NCBI GenBank assembly: GCA_965226495.1
Contig: OZ245365.1
Location: 5,184,001 to 5,248,000 of the forward strand
DNA from: Candidatus Marinacidobacterales bacterium
GTDB lineage: Bacteria; Acidobacteriota; Vicinamibacteria; Marinacidobacterales; DATDRI01
DNA: 64,000 nt
Direction of reading: 5' to 3'
Positions 40,608 to 52,218 of this stretch are shown here, piece by piece; position 1 is the first letter of the stretch, and the number at the start of each line of letters is the position of its first letter. Made by a program: the position numbers and the translations under genes. The notes below the pieces were generated by a model. That model saw nothing but the letters and a program-made list of their open reading frames with translations. It was not told the origin of the DNA and did not search any database.

Positions 40608-40846
40608 GAGCTAAAGTCTTCGTACGGCTGAAGCCCTCCGTCCATGACCCGCAGGGCGAAACCATCCGGGGTGCCCTCGAGACCATGGGTTACCAAGGTG
40701 TCTCCGACGTACGCCAAGGCAAGTACTTCGAGATGTCTCTGGTTGCCTCTTCGCGGGAAGAGGCAGAGAGCCAGGTTCGCGAGATCGCGAACCGCGTTCT
40801 GTCGAACCCGGTCATCGAGACGTTCGAAGTGGAGATCCTAGACTGA
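40604..40846 (+). CDS. purS: FGAM synthase subunit PurS
   Basis: DPQG, VRQGKYF, LSNPVIE. Confidence 0.96.
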   Translation: MRAKVFVRLKPSVHDPQGETIRGALETMGYQGVSDVRQGKYFEMSLVASSREEAESQVREIANRVLSNPVIETFEVEILD

Positions 40847-41538
40847 TGCCGCGCTTCGCGGTGCTCGTCTTCCCCGGTTCCAATTGTGAAGGGGACGTTC
40901 TCTACGCGCTACGGGATGTGCTCGGTCAAGAAGCGGAGCTGGTTTGGCACAAGGAAACTTCCCTCGATGGTTTCGACGCCGCCTTCCTGCCGGGAGGCTT
41001 CGCTCACGGTGATTATCTCCGGCCCGGTGCCATCGCGCGCTTTTCTCCGATCATGAAGTCGGTTGTCTCGATGGCTGAGGCGGGGAAACCCGTCATCGGA
41101 ATCTGTAACGGCTTTCAGGTCTTGATGGAGGCGGGGCTTCTTCCCGGCGCCATGCTGCGCAACCGGAGCCTTCACTACGTCTGCCGCTATGTGAATCTTC
41201 GCGTGGAAACCACGAAGTCCCCTCTCACCAATACCTGCACCGCAGGGGACGTGCTGCAAGTGCCGATCGGGCACGCCGACGGTAACTTCTTCGCCGACGA
41301 CTCCGAGCTCGAAGAGCTCGAGAAGCGAGGCCGTGTGATGTTCCGGTACTCGACGCCGAGCGGCGAGTTGACCGACGAGGCGAATCCCAACGGCTCGCTT
41401 AACCACATCGCCGGCATCGTGAGCACCGAAGGCAACGTGGTCGGGCTCATGCCACATCTCGATCGTTGCTACGAGCCTGAATTGGGCACCGATCATGGTC
41501 GTCGCCTCTTCCAGAGTCTCATCGCATCGGTCTCATGA
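40846..41538 (+). CDS. purQ: FGAM synthase glutaminase subunit PurQ
   Basis: [32 protein letters not shown]. Confidence 0.96.
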   Translation: MPRFAVLVFPGSNCEGDVLYALRDVLGQEAELVWHKETSLDGFDAAFLPGGFAHGDYLRPGAIARFSPIMKSVVSMAEAGKPVIGICNGFQVLMEAGLLPGAMLRNRSLHYVCRYVNLRVETTKSPLTNTCTAGDVLQVPIGHADGNFFADDSELEELEKRGRVMFRYSTPSGELTDEANPNGSLNHIAGIVSTEGNVVGLMPHLDRCYEPELGTDHGRRLFQSLIASVS

Positions 41539-43754
41539 ACGTCTCTCAAAAGGATCTCCTCGAAACTCACAACCTGACCGAGGGCGAGTATCGGCAGATC
41601 GTCGAGAAGCTCGGGCGCGAACCCAACCTGACGGAGCTCGGCCTCTTCTCGGTCATGTGGTCCGAGCACTGCAGCTACAAGAGCTCCCGCATGCATCTGA
41701 AGCGACTCCCCACGAAAGGGCCGCGTGTGCTTCAAGGCCCCGGCGAGAACGCGGGCGTCGTGGATCTGGGACACGGACTCGCCGCGGTCTTTAAGGTCGA
41801 GTCCCACAACCACCCTTCTTTTATCGAGCCCTTCCAGGGCGCGGCGACCGGCGTGGGCGGCATTATTCGTGACATCTTTACGATGGGCGCACGTCCCGTC
41901 GCTTTGATGAACTCGCTCCGTTTCGGCCCCCTGTCGGTTCCCAAGAACCGCTCTCTGCTAGAAGGAGTTGTCGCGGGCATCGCGTCCTATGGGAACTGCA
42001 CCGGCATCCCGACCGTCGGTGGCGAAGTGGCTTTCGAAGACTGCTACAACCTCAACCCCTTGGTGAATGCGTTTTGTCTCGGGATCGCCCCCAAAGATCG
42101 GATCTTCCGCGCGCGCGCGGAAGGGCAGGGCAATCCAGTCTTTTATGTCGGCGCCAAGACTGGTAAGGATGGCATCCATGGCGCGACCATGGCGTCTGCC
42201 GAGTTCGATGAGGCGGCCGAAGAGAAGCGACCGACTGTTCAGGTCGGAGATCCCTTCATGGAAAAACTCCTCTTCGAGGCTTGCCTCGAGTTGATGAGCA
42301 CCGATGCGTTGGTCGCGATTCAGGATATGGGCGCCGCCGGACTGACCTGCTCGACCTCCGAGCTTGCGGCCCGCGGAGGCACCGGCATTGCGATCGATAT
42401 CGCCGACGTGCCCCAGCGGGAAAAGGGCATGACCCCCTACGAGATCATGCTGTCCGAGTCCCAGGAGCGGATGCTTCTCGTTGCCAAAGCGGGACGGGAA
42501 TCGGAAGTCGAGGCCATCTTCGACAAGTGGGACTTACATGCCGTCAAGATTGGAAGGGTCACCAGCGACGAAATGCTCCGCGTGCGCAATGGTGAAAAGG
42601 AAGTCGCCGTCGTGCCGTGCCGTGCCCTGGTCGAAGACGGTCCGATCTATGAGCGCCCCATGGAACGGCCTTCCTATCTCGACGAGGCGACGAAATTGGA
42701 TCTGAGCAGCGTTCCTGAACCAGAAGACACAGGCGCTGTGCTAGAACGGCTCCTCGCATCTCATGGTTTAGCCAATAAACATTGGATCTTCCAGCAGTAC
42801 GATCACATGGTGCAGAGCAACACCATCGTGATGCCAGGCTCCGACGCCGGTGTCATTCGTCTCAAGGGAACTCCGCTTGCCCTCGCGATGAGCCTCGACG
42901 GCAATGGTCGCTACGCCTATCTCGATCCCTATCTCGGTGGAGCGCTCGCGGTTGCCGAGTCCTGCCGCAACGTATCCGCCGCCGGAGCGACCCCCATTGG
43001 GGCCACCAACTGCCTCAACTTCGGAAGCCCGGAGAAACCCGCGGTCATGTGGCAGTTCGCTCGCGTCATAGACGGCATCACTGATGCCTGCACCGCACTC
43101 GGTATTCCCATCACCGGCGGCAACGTCAGCTTCTACAACGAGACCGAGGGCGAAAGTATCTACCCCACTCCGGTAGTAGGAACGGTGGGAATACTCGAAG
43201 ACAAGACGTGCCGGGTGAGTCATCATTTCAAAGGCCCCGGAGATTGGATCTACCTCGCGGGCGTAACCACCGACGAGCTAGGGGGCAGCGAGTACCTCAA
43301 GACCATCCACGGCCGGATCCAAGGGCTTCCGCCACGGCTCGATCTCGTTCAGGAAAAGGCGGTGCAAGCCTTTACTCGAGACGCGGCGGCCCGAAAGTGG
43401 CTTCGTTCCGCCCACGATTTGAGTGAAGGCGGGTTGGCCGTCGCGCTCGCGGAGAGTCTCTTTGGTCCCCTCGGTGAAACGGTCGGGGCCACCGTCTCTT
43501 TGGAATGCCCTGGTCGCACGGACGCATTGCTCTTCAGCGAAGGGACCAGCCGGATTCTCGTCAGCGTGGCTGCGAAGCATGCGGAAGAGCTCGAATCACT
43601 GGCGGAAGAACACGGTGTGGCTTTATCTCGCCTGGGAATCACCGGGGGGGAGCGACTCCGCGTGCAGATAAACGGCGTCGATGCCATGTCGCTCGAGATT
43701 TCCGAACTGCGGGAGGGATGGTGGTCATCCATAGAAAGGGACATGCAGCCATGA
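41535..43754 (+). CDS. purL: FGAM synthase subunit PurL
   Basis: [33 protein letters not shown]. Confidence 0.97.
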   Translation: MNVSQKDLLETHNLTEGEYRQIVEKLGREPNLTELGLFSVMWSEHCSYKSSRMHLKRLPTKGPRVLQGPGENAGVVDLGHGLAAVFKVESHNHPSFIEPFQGAATGVGGIIRDIFTMGARPVALMNSLRFGPLSVPKNRSLLEGVVAGIASYGNCTGIPTVGGEVAFEDCYNLNPLVNAFCLGIAPKDRIFRARAEGQGNPVFYVGAKTGKDGIHGATMASAEFDEAAEEKRPTVQVGDPFMEKLLFEACLELMSTDALVAIQDMGAAGLTCSTSELAARGGTGIAIDIADVPQREKGMTPYEIMLSESQERMLLVAKAGRESEVEAIFDKWDLHAVKIGRVTSDEMLRVRNGEKEVAVVPCRALVEDGPIYERPMERPSYLDEATKLDLSSVPEPEDTGAVLERLLASHGLANKHWIFQQYDHMVQSNTIVMPGSDAGVIRLKGTPLALAMSLDGNGRYAYLDPYLGGALAVAESCRNVSAAGATPIGATNCLNFGSPEKPAVMWQFARVIDGITDACTALGIPITGGNVSFYNETEGESIYPTPVVGTVGILEDKTCRVSHHFKGPGDWIYLAGVTTDELGGSEYLKTIHGRIQGLPPRLDLVQEKAVQAFTRDAAARKWLRSAHDLSEGGLAVALAESLFGPLGETVGATVSLECPGRTDALLFSEGTSRILVSVAAKHAEELESLAEEHGVALSRLGITGGERLRVQINGVDAMSLEISELREGWWSSIERDMQP

Positions 43755-45154
43755 AGGATGGCTTCCACGACGAGTGCGGTGTCTTTGGGATCTTCTCCCA
43801 TCCTGACGCGGCACGACTCACCTATCTTGGTCTCTACGCACTCCAGCACCGCGGCCAGGAGGCAGCGGGGATGGTCACCTCCGCACCGGATGGGCTTCGC
43901 ATCAAGAAATCCAAGGGCTATGTCGCCGATGTTTTCAACGAGCAGGCCTTGCAAGAGCTCGAAGGCTCCGCCGCCATGGGACACGTTCGCTACTCGACCG
44001 CCGGGGAAAACTCCGCCGTCAATGCGCAGCCGCTACTCATCGATTGCAAGTTCGGCGAGATCGCGGTGTGCCACAACGGAAACCTGGTCAATGACCAGGC
44101 CCTCAGAAAGGACCTGGTGGACCGCGGATCCATCTTCCGCACCAACAGTGACACCGAAGTTATCTTGCACCTTTTCGCGAGATCGGATCAGAAGGGAGTA
44201 GAGGACGCTCTCCTAGACGCGCTACGTCCGTTGGAGGGAGCCTTCACCCTGCTCTTCATCACCAAGGAGGCTCTCTACGGCGTTCGCGATCCGCGAGGGT
44301 TCCGCCCGCTCATTATCGGAAAGCTGGGCGATAGCTACGTTCTGTGCTCCGAGACCTGTGCCCTGGACCTCATCGACGCGACCTACGTCAGGGAGGTGGA
44401 GCCTGGGGAGCTGGTGGTCATCGACAAGAACGGACTCCGATCGATCCGTCCATTCGCGACTGAACAACCCCGCCAATGCGTCTTCGAGCACGTCTACTTC
44501 TCCCGGCCGGACAGCGTTGTCTTCGGCCGAAGCGTCCACGTTTCTCGTATCGAGATGGGAAAGCTCTTGGCACAGGAGACAGCGGTCGATGCCGATGTCG
44601 TGGTGCCGGTGCCGGACTCCGGTGTGGTCGCGGCGGTGGGCTACTCGATGGCGTCCGGCCTACCCCTCGAGTTCGGGCTCATCCGCAACCACTATGTGGG
44701 TCGCACGTTCATCGAACCGCATCAATCCATTCGGCATTTCGGCGTCAAAGTGAAGCTCAACCCCGTCCGCTCTGTGCTCGAAGGACGGAGGGTGGTACTG
44801 ATCGACGACTCCATCGTGCGGGGAACCACCAGTCAGAAGATCGTGGGGATGGTGCGAAACGCCGGAGCTCGCGAAGTCCATCTTCGTGTTTCCTCCCCGC
44901 CCATCACCGGTCCCTGTTACTACGGCATCGACACCCCGGAGAAGAAGGACCTTATTGCCGCCACTCATTCCGTCGAGGAGATCCAAGAGTTCCTAGCCGC
45001 CGACAGCCTTGCCTACCTTTCCCACGGCGCGCTCATGGCCTCGGTCCAAAACGGTTCCGATCAATTCTGCTCCGCCTGCTTCAACGGCAACTATCCGGTT
45101 CCGCTTACCGACGAAGCCCTCGGACAAAGAAAGCTTTTCGAGAAGACTCGTTAG
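43751..45154 (+). CDS. purF: Amidophosphoribosyltransferase (intact copy)
   Basis: [41 protein letters not shown]. Confidence 0.97.
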   Translation: MKDGFHDECGVFGIFSHPDAARLTYLGLYALQHRGQEAAGMVTSAPDGLRIKKSKGYVADVFNEQALQELEGSAAMGHVRYSTAGENSAVNAQPLLIDCKFGEIAVCHNGNLVNDQALRKDLVDRGSIFRTNSDTEVILHLFARSDQKGVEDALLDALRPLEGAFTLLFITKEALYGVRDPRGFRPLIIGKLGDSYVLCSETCALDLIDATYVREVEPGELVVIDKNGLRSIRPFATEQPRQCVFEHVYFSRPDSVVFGRSVHVSRIEMGKLLAQETAVDADVVVPVPDSGVVAAVGYSMASGLPLEFGLIRNHYVGRTFIEPHQSIRHFGVKVKLNPVRSVLEGRRVVLIDDSIVRGTTSQKIVGMVRNAGAREVHLRVSSPPITGPCYYGIDTPEKKDLIAATHSVEEIQEFLAADSLAYLSHGALMASVQNGSDQFCSACFNGNYPVPLTDEALGQRKLFEKTR

Positions 45155-45409
45155 TCGAGGCCCCACCGTCGGCGCATTCAAAACCTGCCTAGGGGGGGCT
45201 GGAAACGAAACTCGTTCCCATGCCACATCTGTGGCAGCGTCAACGAAGGAAAATCCGCAGGGATGATTGAGCATCACGATGTCGCGGTCCCGCAGATCTC
45301 GCTCATCGATGGGGAAAGAACTTCCCGATTGCGAGAATCCAGCGCTCGCAAAAACTCAAGTCTCGTCGCCGCATGATATCTTTCTGCGATTCGGTCGGAG
45401 TTCAAGAAC

Positions 45410-46075
45410 GTGCGCAAGTGGATCCCTAACCTGGTGACGGTGACCGGTATGGGGTGCGGTTTTGTTGCGATTCTGGTGGCCCATCGTGGTGCCGTCGATG
45501 CTTCTCTCTTCCTCATCCTGTGCGCAGTGATCTGCGACATCCTCGATGGCAAGCTCGCTCGGTTTCTGGGAGTCTCCTCGAGCTTCGGAGCCCAGCTCGA
45601 TTCGTTCTCCGACGTCATCGCCTTCGGCGTCGCGCCCGCGGTGATTCTATTCGAAGCATCGTTACACCGCCTAGGCTGGCTCGGCGCGGCCGCCGCCTTC
45701 CTCTTTCTCGCTATGTCGGCGGTCCGGCTCATCCGGTTCAATCTGGACGCATCCCTGCAAGAGCGACGGGATTTCTTCCGCGGTTTTTCCACGCCCACGG
45801 CGGCCCTGTATCTCATAAGCTTCATCGTAATGCGAGACCTGCTGCCGGCGTGGATAGGCGTTCTCTATGCCGCCGGTCTGGCGTTTCTCATGGTCTCCTC
45901 GCTCCCCGTCCCATCGTTCGAGGGAACCCGGCTCTCGCCCGCCTATCTCGTCGTCGCTCTGCTGAACACGCTGATACTTCTGCTCAGCCCCACCGTTTGG
46001 ACTTTCGCCTGGTGGAATTTATACGCGCTCTTCGTCCTATCTCTCGGCTACAAAAGGCGGCCGGCGGAAGGATGA
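45410..46075 (+). CDS. CDP-alcohol phosphatidyltransferase (PssA-like)
   Basis: IPNLVT, DILDGKLAR...FGAQLDSFSD, RLIRFN, FRGFSTP. Confidence 0.92.
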   Translation: MRKWIPNLVTVTGMGCGFVAILVAHRGAVDASLFLILCAVICDILDGKLARFLGVSSSFGAQLDSFSDVIAFGVAPAVILFEASLHRLGWLGAAAAFLFLAMSAVRLIRFNLDASLQERRDFFRGFSTPTAALYLISFIVMRDLLPAWIGVLYAAGLAFLMVSSLPVPSFEGTRLSPAYLVVALLNTLILLLSPTVWTFAWWNLYALFVLSLGYKRRPAEG

Positions 46076-49000
46076 TCCTTCGGTGGCCCGTCAAAGACTC
46101 TAGACGCGTCATCCAGATGCTGGCTCAACTCAAACAAGCGGAGCCATGTGGGTATAACCCTCTCGAGAAATCGTTTCCTCTGGAACCGGTACAAGAGCGT
46201 GTACATGGGAAGCCGGCTCACCAGTAAATGCTGCAGCGAGAGCGTGAAGCCGCGCCGCCAGTCGCGCGCGTCGATCGAAGCTTCGACCTCTTCATCGAGC
46301 AACTGGCGATGAAGTGCTACGTAGTGCCCGAGCTCATCTTTCGTAGCAGCAGGTGAGAGCACGAAACAGAGGAGCTCGGCCAGATCGTGCTGCGGCGCTC
46401 CGAGCGTCGCGAGCTCCCAGTCATAGGCGCAGAGCTCGAGCCCGGCCCCGTTTCCGTGGCGAAAGGCGACGTTTCGGGAATTGAAGTCGTTGTGAATGAG
46501 GGTGCGTGGCATGCTCGTCAACTCCTCGGACCAGATGTCGACGTCGTCCACGGCTCGCTCTTGCGCCGCCACGAGCCCGTCTCCGGCCCAGTCTCGAAAC
46601 CAGGGACGCGCGTGCTCGGAAAGCGCTTGCCAGAGATCGCCCATCTCGTTCAAAGATGCGGAAGTTACGACGGGTCCCAGCCATTCTTGCCTTTCGAGCT
46701 CGGACTCGCGTCCATACCAGACCGAGTGGATCTTCGCGAGTCCCCGAATGGCGGCTTCCGTAGCAGCGCGTGACCAGCCATCTGCTTGGTCAGCGCTATC
46801 CAATAGCCAAAGCCCTTCCAGATCCTCAAGAGCGAGCGCCCAGAGCCCCTCGTCATCGTCGCGAACCGTGCCGTACAAGGCAGGCATGAAGTTTCGAAGC
46901 CGCGCGTCATCCTGCTCGTAAAGAGCCAGCTCTCGTCGATGACATAGCGTGAAGCTGAGCTTCCTCCCGAAACGATCGAAGAGCTCACCGAGACGGGTCG
47001 AGCACAGATCCGCCACGACCTGCGCCACGGCCAATACGTCGTCATCGGAGGGCTTCACCTTCAAGAACAAACGCAGTGTTCGCTCCTGCGCGTCGGACGT
47101 ACGGAATCGCGTCGTGGCGCGATAGAGGCCGGTCTCGCGCGTGCTGTACCAGGATGTTAGCTCGGTGAGAATGCTCTGCTCGACGCCCACTGGCTCGAGC
47201 TCGAGCTCGAGAATATCGAGGGAATCGTCGCCGAAATGCCGGCTGAGAACACTCTGGAGCCACTCGTCCACCGGGGCATCACGACCGTCACGGTCGCGGC
47301 GTCGAGCCGGCGCCACCAGAACACCACGATCGATGAACGACGTGTAAGCGCGATCGAGATAGCCGGGCCCGGAATCCGGGCAAGAGACGCGAAGACGTGC
47401 CAGCCGTCGATCGGTATTCTCCGTCAGGACCCGCGTCTTTCGGCAGTCCTCGAAGAGCTCGAGTGAAAAAACCTCTTGCCCGTCTTTCGCCGTCACTCGC
47501 TTGGACAAGAACGGCTGCAGATGATGGAGAGCGTGGTTCCGCGCGCTGGCACTTTCCTGAAGGCGGGACAACCACTCGCGATAGCCCGCGAGCTTCATCG
47601 GGTAGCCGAAAAGATTCATCCACAAGACCAGCTCGCGCCAGTGCCGCGGCTTCGGACTTCGAATGTGGTGGACGGCGAGAGCTCTCTCCTCCGGTTCTTG
47701 TGACAAGGCCACGACTGCCCGGCTCGCGTAGTCGACGGGACAGCCGTCGAGTTGCAGGTCGAGATCCGGGGCCATTTCCATCTCGATGCATCCTCTGACA
47801 AAACGCGAGAGGAAGTCGCTCTCGTTGCCGCGACCTCTGACATCGGAGCCCGTAAGCAGGGCGAGCCGATAAACGGATGCGCCGAGCCCGCGTTCGGAAG
47901 CTTCGCGAACCAGTGCTTCGGCCACGCACTTGCTCTCTGCGTAACCGAGCTGAAGATCTGGAAGGAAGGGCAGCACGTCGTCGACTTCGGCAAGCTCGCT
48001 CGCCCGCGTTGTGTAACAGACGCCGAGGGTCGAGACGAAGTGGAATCGCTTCGCCTTTCCGAGACAGGCCAATCTCAGGAGCTCCCGCGTGCCCAGAACG
48101 TTGACCTCACGCAAGTCGCGATACGGATAGACGAAATTGACCGCGGCGGCGTTGTGATAGATGGCGTCCGTTGTTTGCGCCAGCTCTTCGAACGCGTCGA
48201 GTCCTTCGCTCAAGTCTCCCTTCATGGGCACGATACGTCGCTCGAACGATGGACTCCACAGATCATGGGACTCGAGATTTCTTCGGAGGCGCTCCGAGCC
48301 GCCTTCCCCACGCACCAGGCAAACGATTTGCGCTCGAGTTTGCTCGAGAAGCTCTTTCAACAGATACGCTCCAAAGAATCCAGTGGCGCCGGTGAGAAGA
48401 ATCGAGCGCGGCTCGTCTCCCGAAATGACCCGCGGGGCGGGGCGAATGTCCTTCGGCAGACAGGTGTCCGCGAGCATCAGGGCGAGCTCAGAGCCCCTGG
48501 GCCTCGTCGAGCGACGCGCTCGCTGGCTGCCGGCGTTGCGGAGCTGGCCCTGCAATCGTTGCAGTGCTCCGGGCTCGAGAAGCTCCGCAATAGAAACATT
48601 CCGACCGACCCACCGCCCGATCGCCGTTTGAACCTCGACCACGCCGAGTGAATCCACGTAACGGGAGAGGGACGATCGAAGGTCGACCGATGCCAAGGGA
48701 GCACCGGAGAGCTGCGCGACCAGACTGCGGATCTTCGGTTCGATAGCATCGCTCTGGATCGCGTCGTCACCGTTCACGGAACGCGCGAGCATCTTCATTT
48801 TCCCGGCTGCGAAGGCGTCCCGGCAGGCCCAGCGCCTGAGCTTTCCGCTCGACGTCTTCAGTAGAGCCCGAGGCGGCACGAGGGCGATCGTGCCGAGCCG
48901 GAGCCCGTGACGCTCGAGGACCGCCGCTCGCAGAGATTGCATGATTTCAGAAGCGTATCGAGCTCGCTCCTCTTCGCTGGCGCTCATCATCGCCCGGTCC

Positions 49001-50499
49001 ACTTTGACCTCGGCGAGCACAGAGGCTTCCTCGCCATCGTCTCGAGACGTTCCAAATACGGCAACCCCGCCGCCTCGAACTCCGGGATGAGCCTCTTCGG
49101 CCGTCCACTCGATGTCACTCGGGGAGTAATTGACGCCGCGAACGATCAGAACGTCTTTCATTCGCCCCACGACGAAGAGCTCTCCGTCCAGGACGAAGCC
49201 AAGATCACCGGTGCGGAGAAAGGGACCTTCTTGCGTATCTTCCAGGACGGCACGAAACGTTCTCGTGCTCTCCTCGGGATCGTTCCAATAGCCTGCACAC
49301 ACACTTGGGCTTGCGAGCCATATCTCACCCACCTCGCCCGAGGCACAACGAGTGCGGTGCTCAGGGTCCGCGATCACAAGCTGGGTATCGCGATGAGGCT
49401 GCCCGCTTCCCACTCGAAGCACACCTTTCGCTGCATCGTTCGAAGGCGTGGCCTGGCCTTTTTCGAGGAGCTCCCGGTCCAGCTGGATCAGAACAGGCGA
49501 GTCCTCGTGCCTGCGGCTGGTGACGAGAACGGTGGACTCCGCGAGCCCGTAGACCGGATAAAAAGCCCGCCAATCGAAGCCACAGGGCCGGAACGCGTCC
49601 AGGAACGAGCAAAGCGTTTCCGCGCGCACCGGTTCTGCACCGTTATACGCTACGCGCCACGAGCGCAAATCCAGCGAGGCGCGCTCCGCTTTCGACGTCT
49701 TGCGGACGCAAAGCTCATAGGCGAAGTTCGGAGCGCCGCTGTTCGTCGCGCGATAACGTGAGATGGCGCTCAGCCACCGCAGAGGTTTCGTCAGAAACGC
49801 CCCCGGCGAAAATACATAAGCGGGAAAGCCGCTATAAAGAGGTTGCAAGATTCCGTCGATGAGCCCCATGTCGTGGTGCATCGGAAGCCACGAAACGGAA
49901 ACGCTACCGCGCTCGTTGCCTTCGGCCTCGGCGCCGTGAGCCAGGTTGTGCATCAGGTTTCCATGACTCACCATGACGCCGCGCGGGGCGGCGGTGGAGC
50001 CGGACGTGTATTGGAGAAACGCCAGTTGCCGCGCGTCGAGCGGTGTCTCCGTCCAAGCGCCCGCGAGCTCCGTCGGCACTGCATTGGACTCGACGAAGCG
50101 GACTGAAGAGCCCATTTCCGCACGAACGCTCTCGGGAAGCTCGTCGTCGCTGAGGATGACCTCGACCGCGGCGTCGCGGGCGATACCGCGTAAGCGCGGC
50201 AAGCTCTCTTGGCGGAGCACGGGGCTCGGTCGGTAGGCGGGCACCGCCACCGCACCCGCGTAGAGGCATCCGAGGAAGGCGCCGATGAACTCCAAGCCGC
50301 TATCGAGCGTCAAGAGAACGCGCTGTCCTTCGGCGCCAGCCTCCTGGAGCTTGGCCGCAATCGCGCGGGATCTTCTGTCGAGCTGGGCATAGGTGAAGCT
50401 CGCGCCCTCGACCTCGCCGTCGTCGAGAAAGGTGTAGGCAGGCTTGTCGGGAGAAGACAGCGACCGGCGCCGCAATACATCGACGATGGTGACTGTCAC
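46048..50499 (-). CDS. Multidomain FAAL - ACP - thioester reductase - APH/choline-kinase-like phosphotransferase
   Basis: AFLQYTSGST, SWLPMHHDMGLI, YGLAE, RTGDLG; VDSL carrier Ser; LLTGATGFFG and YAESK; LIHNDFNSRN and YDWE. Confidence 0.9.
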   Translation of the reverse strand: MTVTIVDVLRRRSLSSPDKPAYTFLDDGEVEGASFTYAQLDRRSRAIAAKLQEAGAEGQRVLLTLDSGLEFIGAFLGCLYAGAVAVPAYRPSPVLRQESLPRLRGIARDAAVEVILSDDELPESVRAEMGSSVRFVESNAVPTELAGAWTETPLDARQLAFLQYTSGSTAAPRGVMVSHGNLMHNLAHGAEAEGNERGSVSVSWLPMHHDMGLIDGILQPLYSGFPAYVFSPGAFLTKPLRWLSAISRYRATNSGAPNFAYELCVRKTSKAERASLDLRSWRVAYNGAEPVRAETLCSFLDAFRPCGFDWRAFYPVYGLAESTVLVTSRRHEDSPVLIQLDRELLEKGQATPSNDAAKGVLRVGSGQPHRDTQLVIADPEHRTRCASGEVGEIWLASPSVCAGYWNDPEESTRTFRAVLEDTQEGPFLRTGDLGFVLDGELFVVGRMKDVLIVRGVNYSPSDIEWTAEEAHPGVRGGGVAVFGTSRDDGEEASVLAEVKVDRAMMSASEEERARYASEIMQSLRAAVLERHGLRLGTIALVPPRALLKTSSGKLRRWACRDAFAAGKMKMLARSVNGDDAIQSDAIEPKIRSLVAQLSGAPLASVDLRSSLSRYVDSLGVVEVQTAIGRWVGRNVSIAELLEPGALQRLQGQLRNAGSQRARRSTRPRGSELALMLADTCLPKDIRPAPRVISGDEPRSILLTGATGFFGAYLLKELLEQTRAQIVCLVRGEGGSERLRRNLESHDLWSPSFERRIVPMKGDLSEGLDAFEELAQTTDAIYHNAAAVNFVYPYRDLREVNVLGTRELLRLACLGKAKRFHFVSTLGVCYTTRASELAEVDDVLPFLPDLQLGYAESKCVAEALVREASERGLGASVYRLALLTGSDVRGRGNESDFLSRFVRGCIEMEMAPDLDLQLDGCPVDYASRAVVALSQEPEERALAVHHIRSPKPRHWRELVLWMNLFGYPMKLAGYREWLSRLQESASARNHALHHLQPFLSKRVTAKDGQEVFSLELFEDCRKTRVLTENTDRRLARLRVSCPDSGPGYLDRAYTSFIDRGVLVAPARRRDRDGRDAPVDEWLQSVLSRHFGDDSLDILELELEPVGVEQSILTELTSWYSTRETGLYRATTRFRTSDAQERTLRLFLKVKPSDDDVLAVAQVVADLCSTRLGELFDRFGRKLSFTLCHRRELALYEQDDARLRNFMPALYGTVRDDDEGLWALALEDLEGLWLLDSADQADGWSRAATEAAIRGLAKIHSVWYGRESELERQEWLGPVVTSASLNEMGDLWQALSEHARPWFRDWAGDGLVAAQERAVDDVDIWSEELTSMPRTLIHNDFNSRNVAFRHGNGAGLELCAYDWELATLGAPQHDLAELLCFVLSPAATKDELGHYVALHRQLLDEEVEASIDARDWRRGFTLSLQHLLVSRLPMYTLLYRFQRKRFLERVIPTWLRLFELSQHLDDASRVFDGPPKDHPSAGRLL

Positions 50500-51260
50500 A
50501 GCGCCGCCTCCTTCCCCGCCTGCTCAATCCGGGCTGCGTCCAGATAGCCGACGAAGCGCTCTCGAATCGCCGCTTTGTTCTCCTCGAGCTCCTCCAGCCG
50601 CCAGCTCTCTGTGTGGATAGGTGCATGGACGTGCACGTGCACCGTCCCCGGAAACACGCCGAATCCCTTTCCCGGATTGATCTCGGCCGGGATTTCGATG
50701 AACAGAGGAACGATAGGGGCTTTGAGATTGGTCGCTAAGTGAAACGTTCCCTTGTTGAACGGCCCGATCTGGCCCGTCGTAACGCGCGTTCCTTCTGGGC
50801 TCAGGAAGACGGACTCCCCGGTTCGGCGAAGAGTGCGCTCGGCCGCCTGGAAGCAGCGAATGCGCTTGTCAGGCATCGATTGAGGCGGCGTAAAGAAAGT
50901 GCCGATGAGCCACGCCATGAGCCCAAGAGGTGGGAGAAGCAAGAATCTGCGCTTCATAAAAAAGCGGGTGTTGGGAAGCCCGAGCGCAATGAGTATGAAC
51001 AGATCGATGGTCGAAGTGTGGTTCGCAACGTAAACCTTCTGCGATGTCGGAAAGGGATGTTCCTGGTGCACGACGAGACGGATGCCCCCGAGCCACAACA
51101 TCGTGTGGCCAACCACTTTCGCAATCACTTCCTGGCAAAAGCGGCGAGTGCGAAATAGCGTTGCGATCGAGATCGCGAGCATGAGAGCTCCCGCAAGTGT
51201 CATCAGGAGCATCGATGCGGCGAAGAGGAGCACCGAGCGCAGAAAATTAGGTTTCGCCAT
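50496..51260 (-). CDS. PlsC-like lysophospholipid acyltransferase
   Basis: NHTSTID (HxxxxD), PEGTR, FNKGTF. Confidence 0.92.
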   Translation of the reverse strand: MAKPNFLRSVLLFAASMLLMTLAGALMLAISIATLFRTRRFCQEVIAKVVGHTMLWLGGIRLVVHQEHPFPTSQKVYVANHTSTIDLFILIALGLPNTRFFMKRRFLLLPPLGLMAWLIGTFFTPPQSMPDKRIRCFQAAERTLRRTGESVFLSPEGTRVTTGQIGPFNKGTFHLATNLKAPIVPLFIEIPAEINPGKGFGVFPGTVHVHVHAPIHTESWRLEELEENKAAIRERFVGYLDAARIEQAGKEAAL

Positions 51261-52218
51261 TCGACTTCCTCTTTCTGCAGACAACGGTCTGCATCGCGAG
51301 ATTCAATTGCTTTTCGAACGCTAGAACGGGCAACGTCAAGATCTGCCCCAGGACATAGACATAGCCCCACTTCTGCAAGTCCAGTCCTCTGCCTTTCAAG
51401 AGCTTGAAGGCCGCTCCCGCGAACAAATAGAAGTAGGCGGGGAAAGCTCCGTAGGGCATGTAGTCCACGATGTCGAACCCCGCCCGCTCCATGAGCTTGA
51501 AGAGGTGTTCCTTGTCGTAGAGCGCCGTGTGTTGGGGCGCCTGGAGACCGGGCCACCGCTCGCGGAACAAGCCAAAAGTGATGCTATCGAGACGAGGCAC
51601 TTCGACAATGAAGTGGCCGTCATCCTTCATCACAGAGCGCGCCGTCTCGAGCGTGCGCAGCGGGTCGTAGTCGTGCTCGAGGAAATGCCACATCGTGATG
51701 AGATCGAAACTCCCCCCGCGAAACTCCTGTTCGTAGAAGAGGCCGCAGTGAAAATCGATGTGCTCGAATCCTTCGGCGCCCTCGAAATCCTTGAAGTCGA
51801 CGCCCGTCACACGAGCATCGTGTACGACTCGCATCTTGTTCAGGAAGGTTCCAGCACCACAGCCCACGTCGAGAATCTCGTTCGGATTACCCGGCTTCAG
51901 GTATGGCCGGACGATCTGCTCTTTCTTCCGATCGAGCTGGTCCATGACGTAGTTGTAGACGGGTGTCAGAGAGCCCCAGTCTCTCTTCTTCCGGTGCGCG
52001 ATGTACTCATCGTCGTAATAATCCTTGATGTGTTCGACGTCGATCCGCGGATGCTGATACGCGAGGCCGCATTCGGCGCAGCGGACGAAATGGAACCACC
52101 CAGGCTTTCCCGTGAGATCCTCCTGGGCGCTCACGAACGGTTCGCGCGCAGCGCTCGAGCAGTAATAGCAGCTCACCGGCTCGAAGATGGATGCGTCCGG
52201 AACGATCGTTGCGTTCAC
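51247..52218 (-). CDS. Class I SAM methyltransferase with N-terminal CxxC...CxxC
   Basis: CYYC...CAEC, LDVGCGAG, FDLITMWHFLEH; GTG start after GGAGGT. Confidence 0.9.
   Translation of the reverse strand: MNATIVPDASIFEPVSCYYCSSAAREPFVSAQEDLTGKPGWFHFVRCAECGLAYQHPRIDVEHIKDYYDDEYIAHRKKRDWGSLTPVYNYVMDQLDRKKEQIVRPYLKPGNPNEILDVGCGAGTFLNKMRVVHDARVTGVDFKDFEGAEGFEHIDFHCGLFYEQEFRGGSFDLITMWHFLEHDYDPLRTLETARSVMKDDGHFIVEVPRLDSITFGLFRERWPGLQAPQHTALYDKEHLFKLMERAGFDIVDYMPYGAFPAYFYLFAGAAFKLLKGRGLDLQKWGYVYVLGQILTLPVLAFEKQLNLAMQTVVCRKRKSNGET

Noticed and set aside
43505-43750. N-terminal extension of PurF in the ORF track
   Set aside because: Overlaps purL; the true start is the coupled ATG at 43751 before DECGVFG
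45278-45288. 11-bp inverted match (gatgtcgcggt) to the 64-bp purF tail
   Set aside because: Too short in GC-rich DNA and does not extend convincingly
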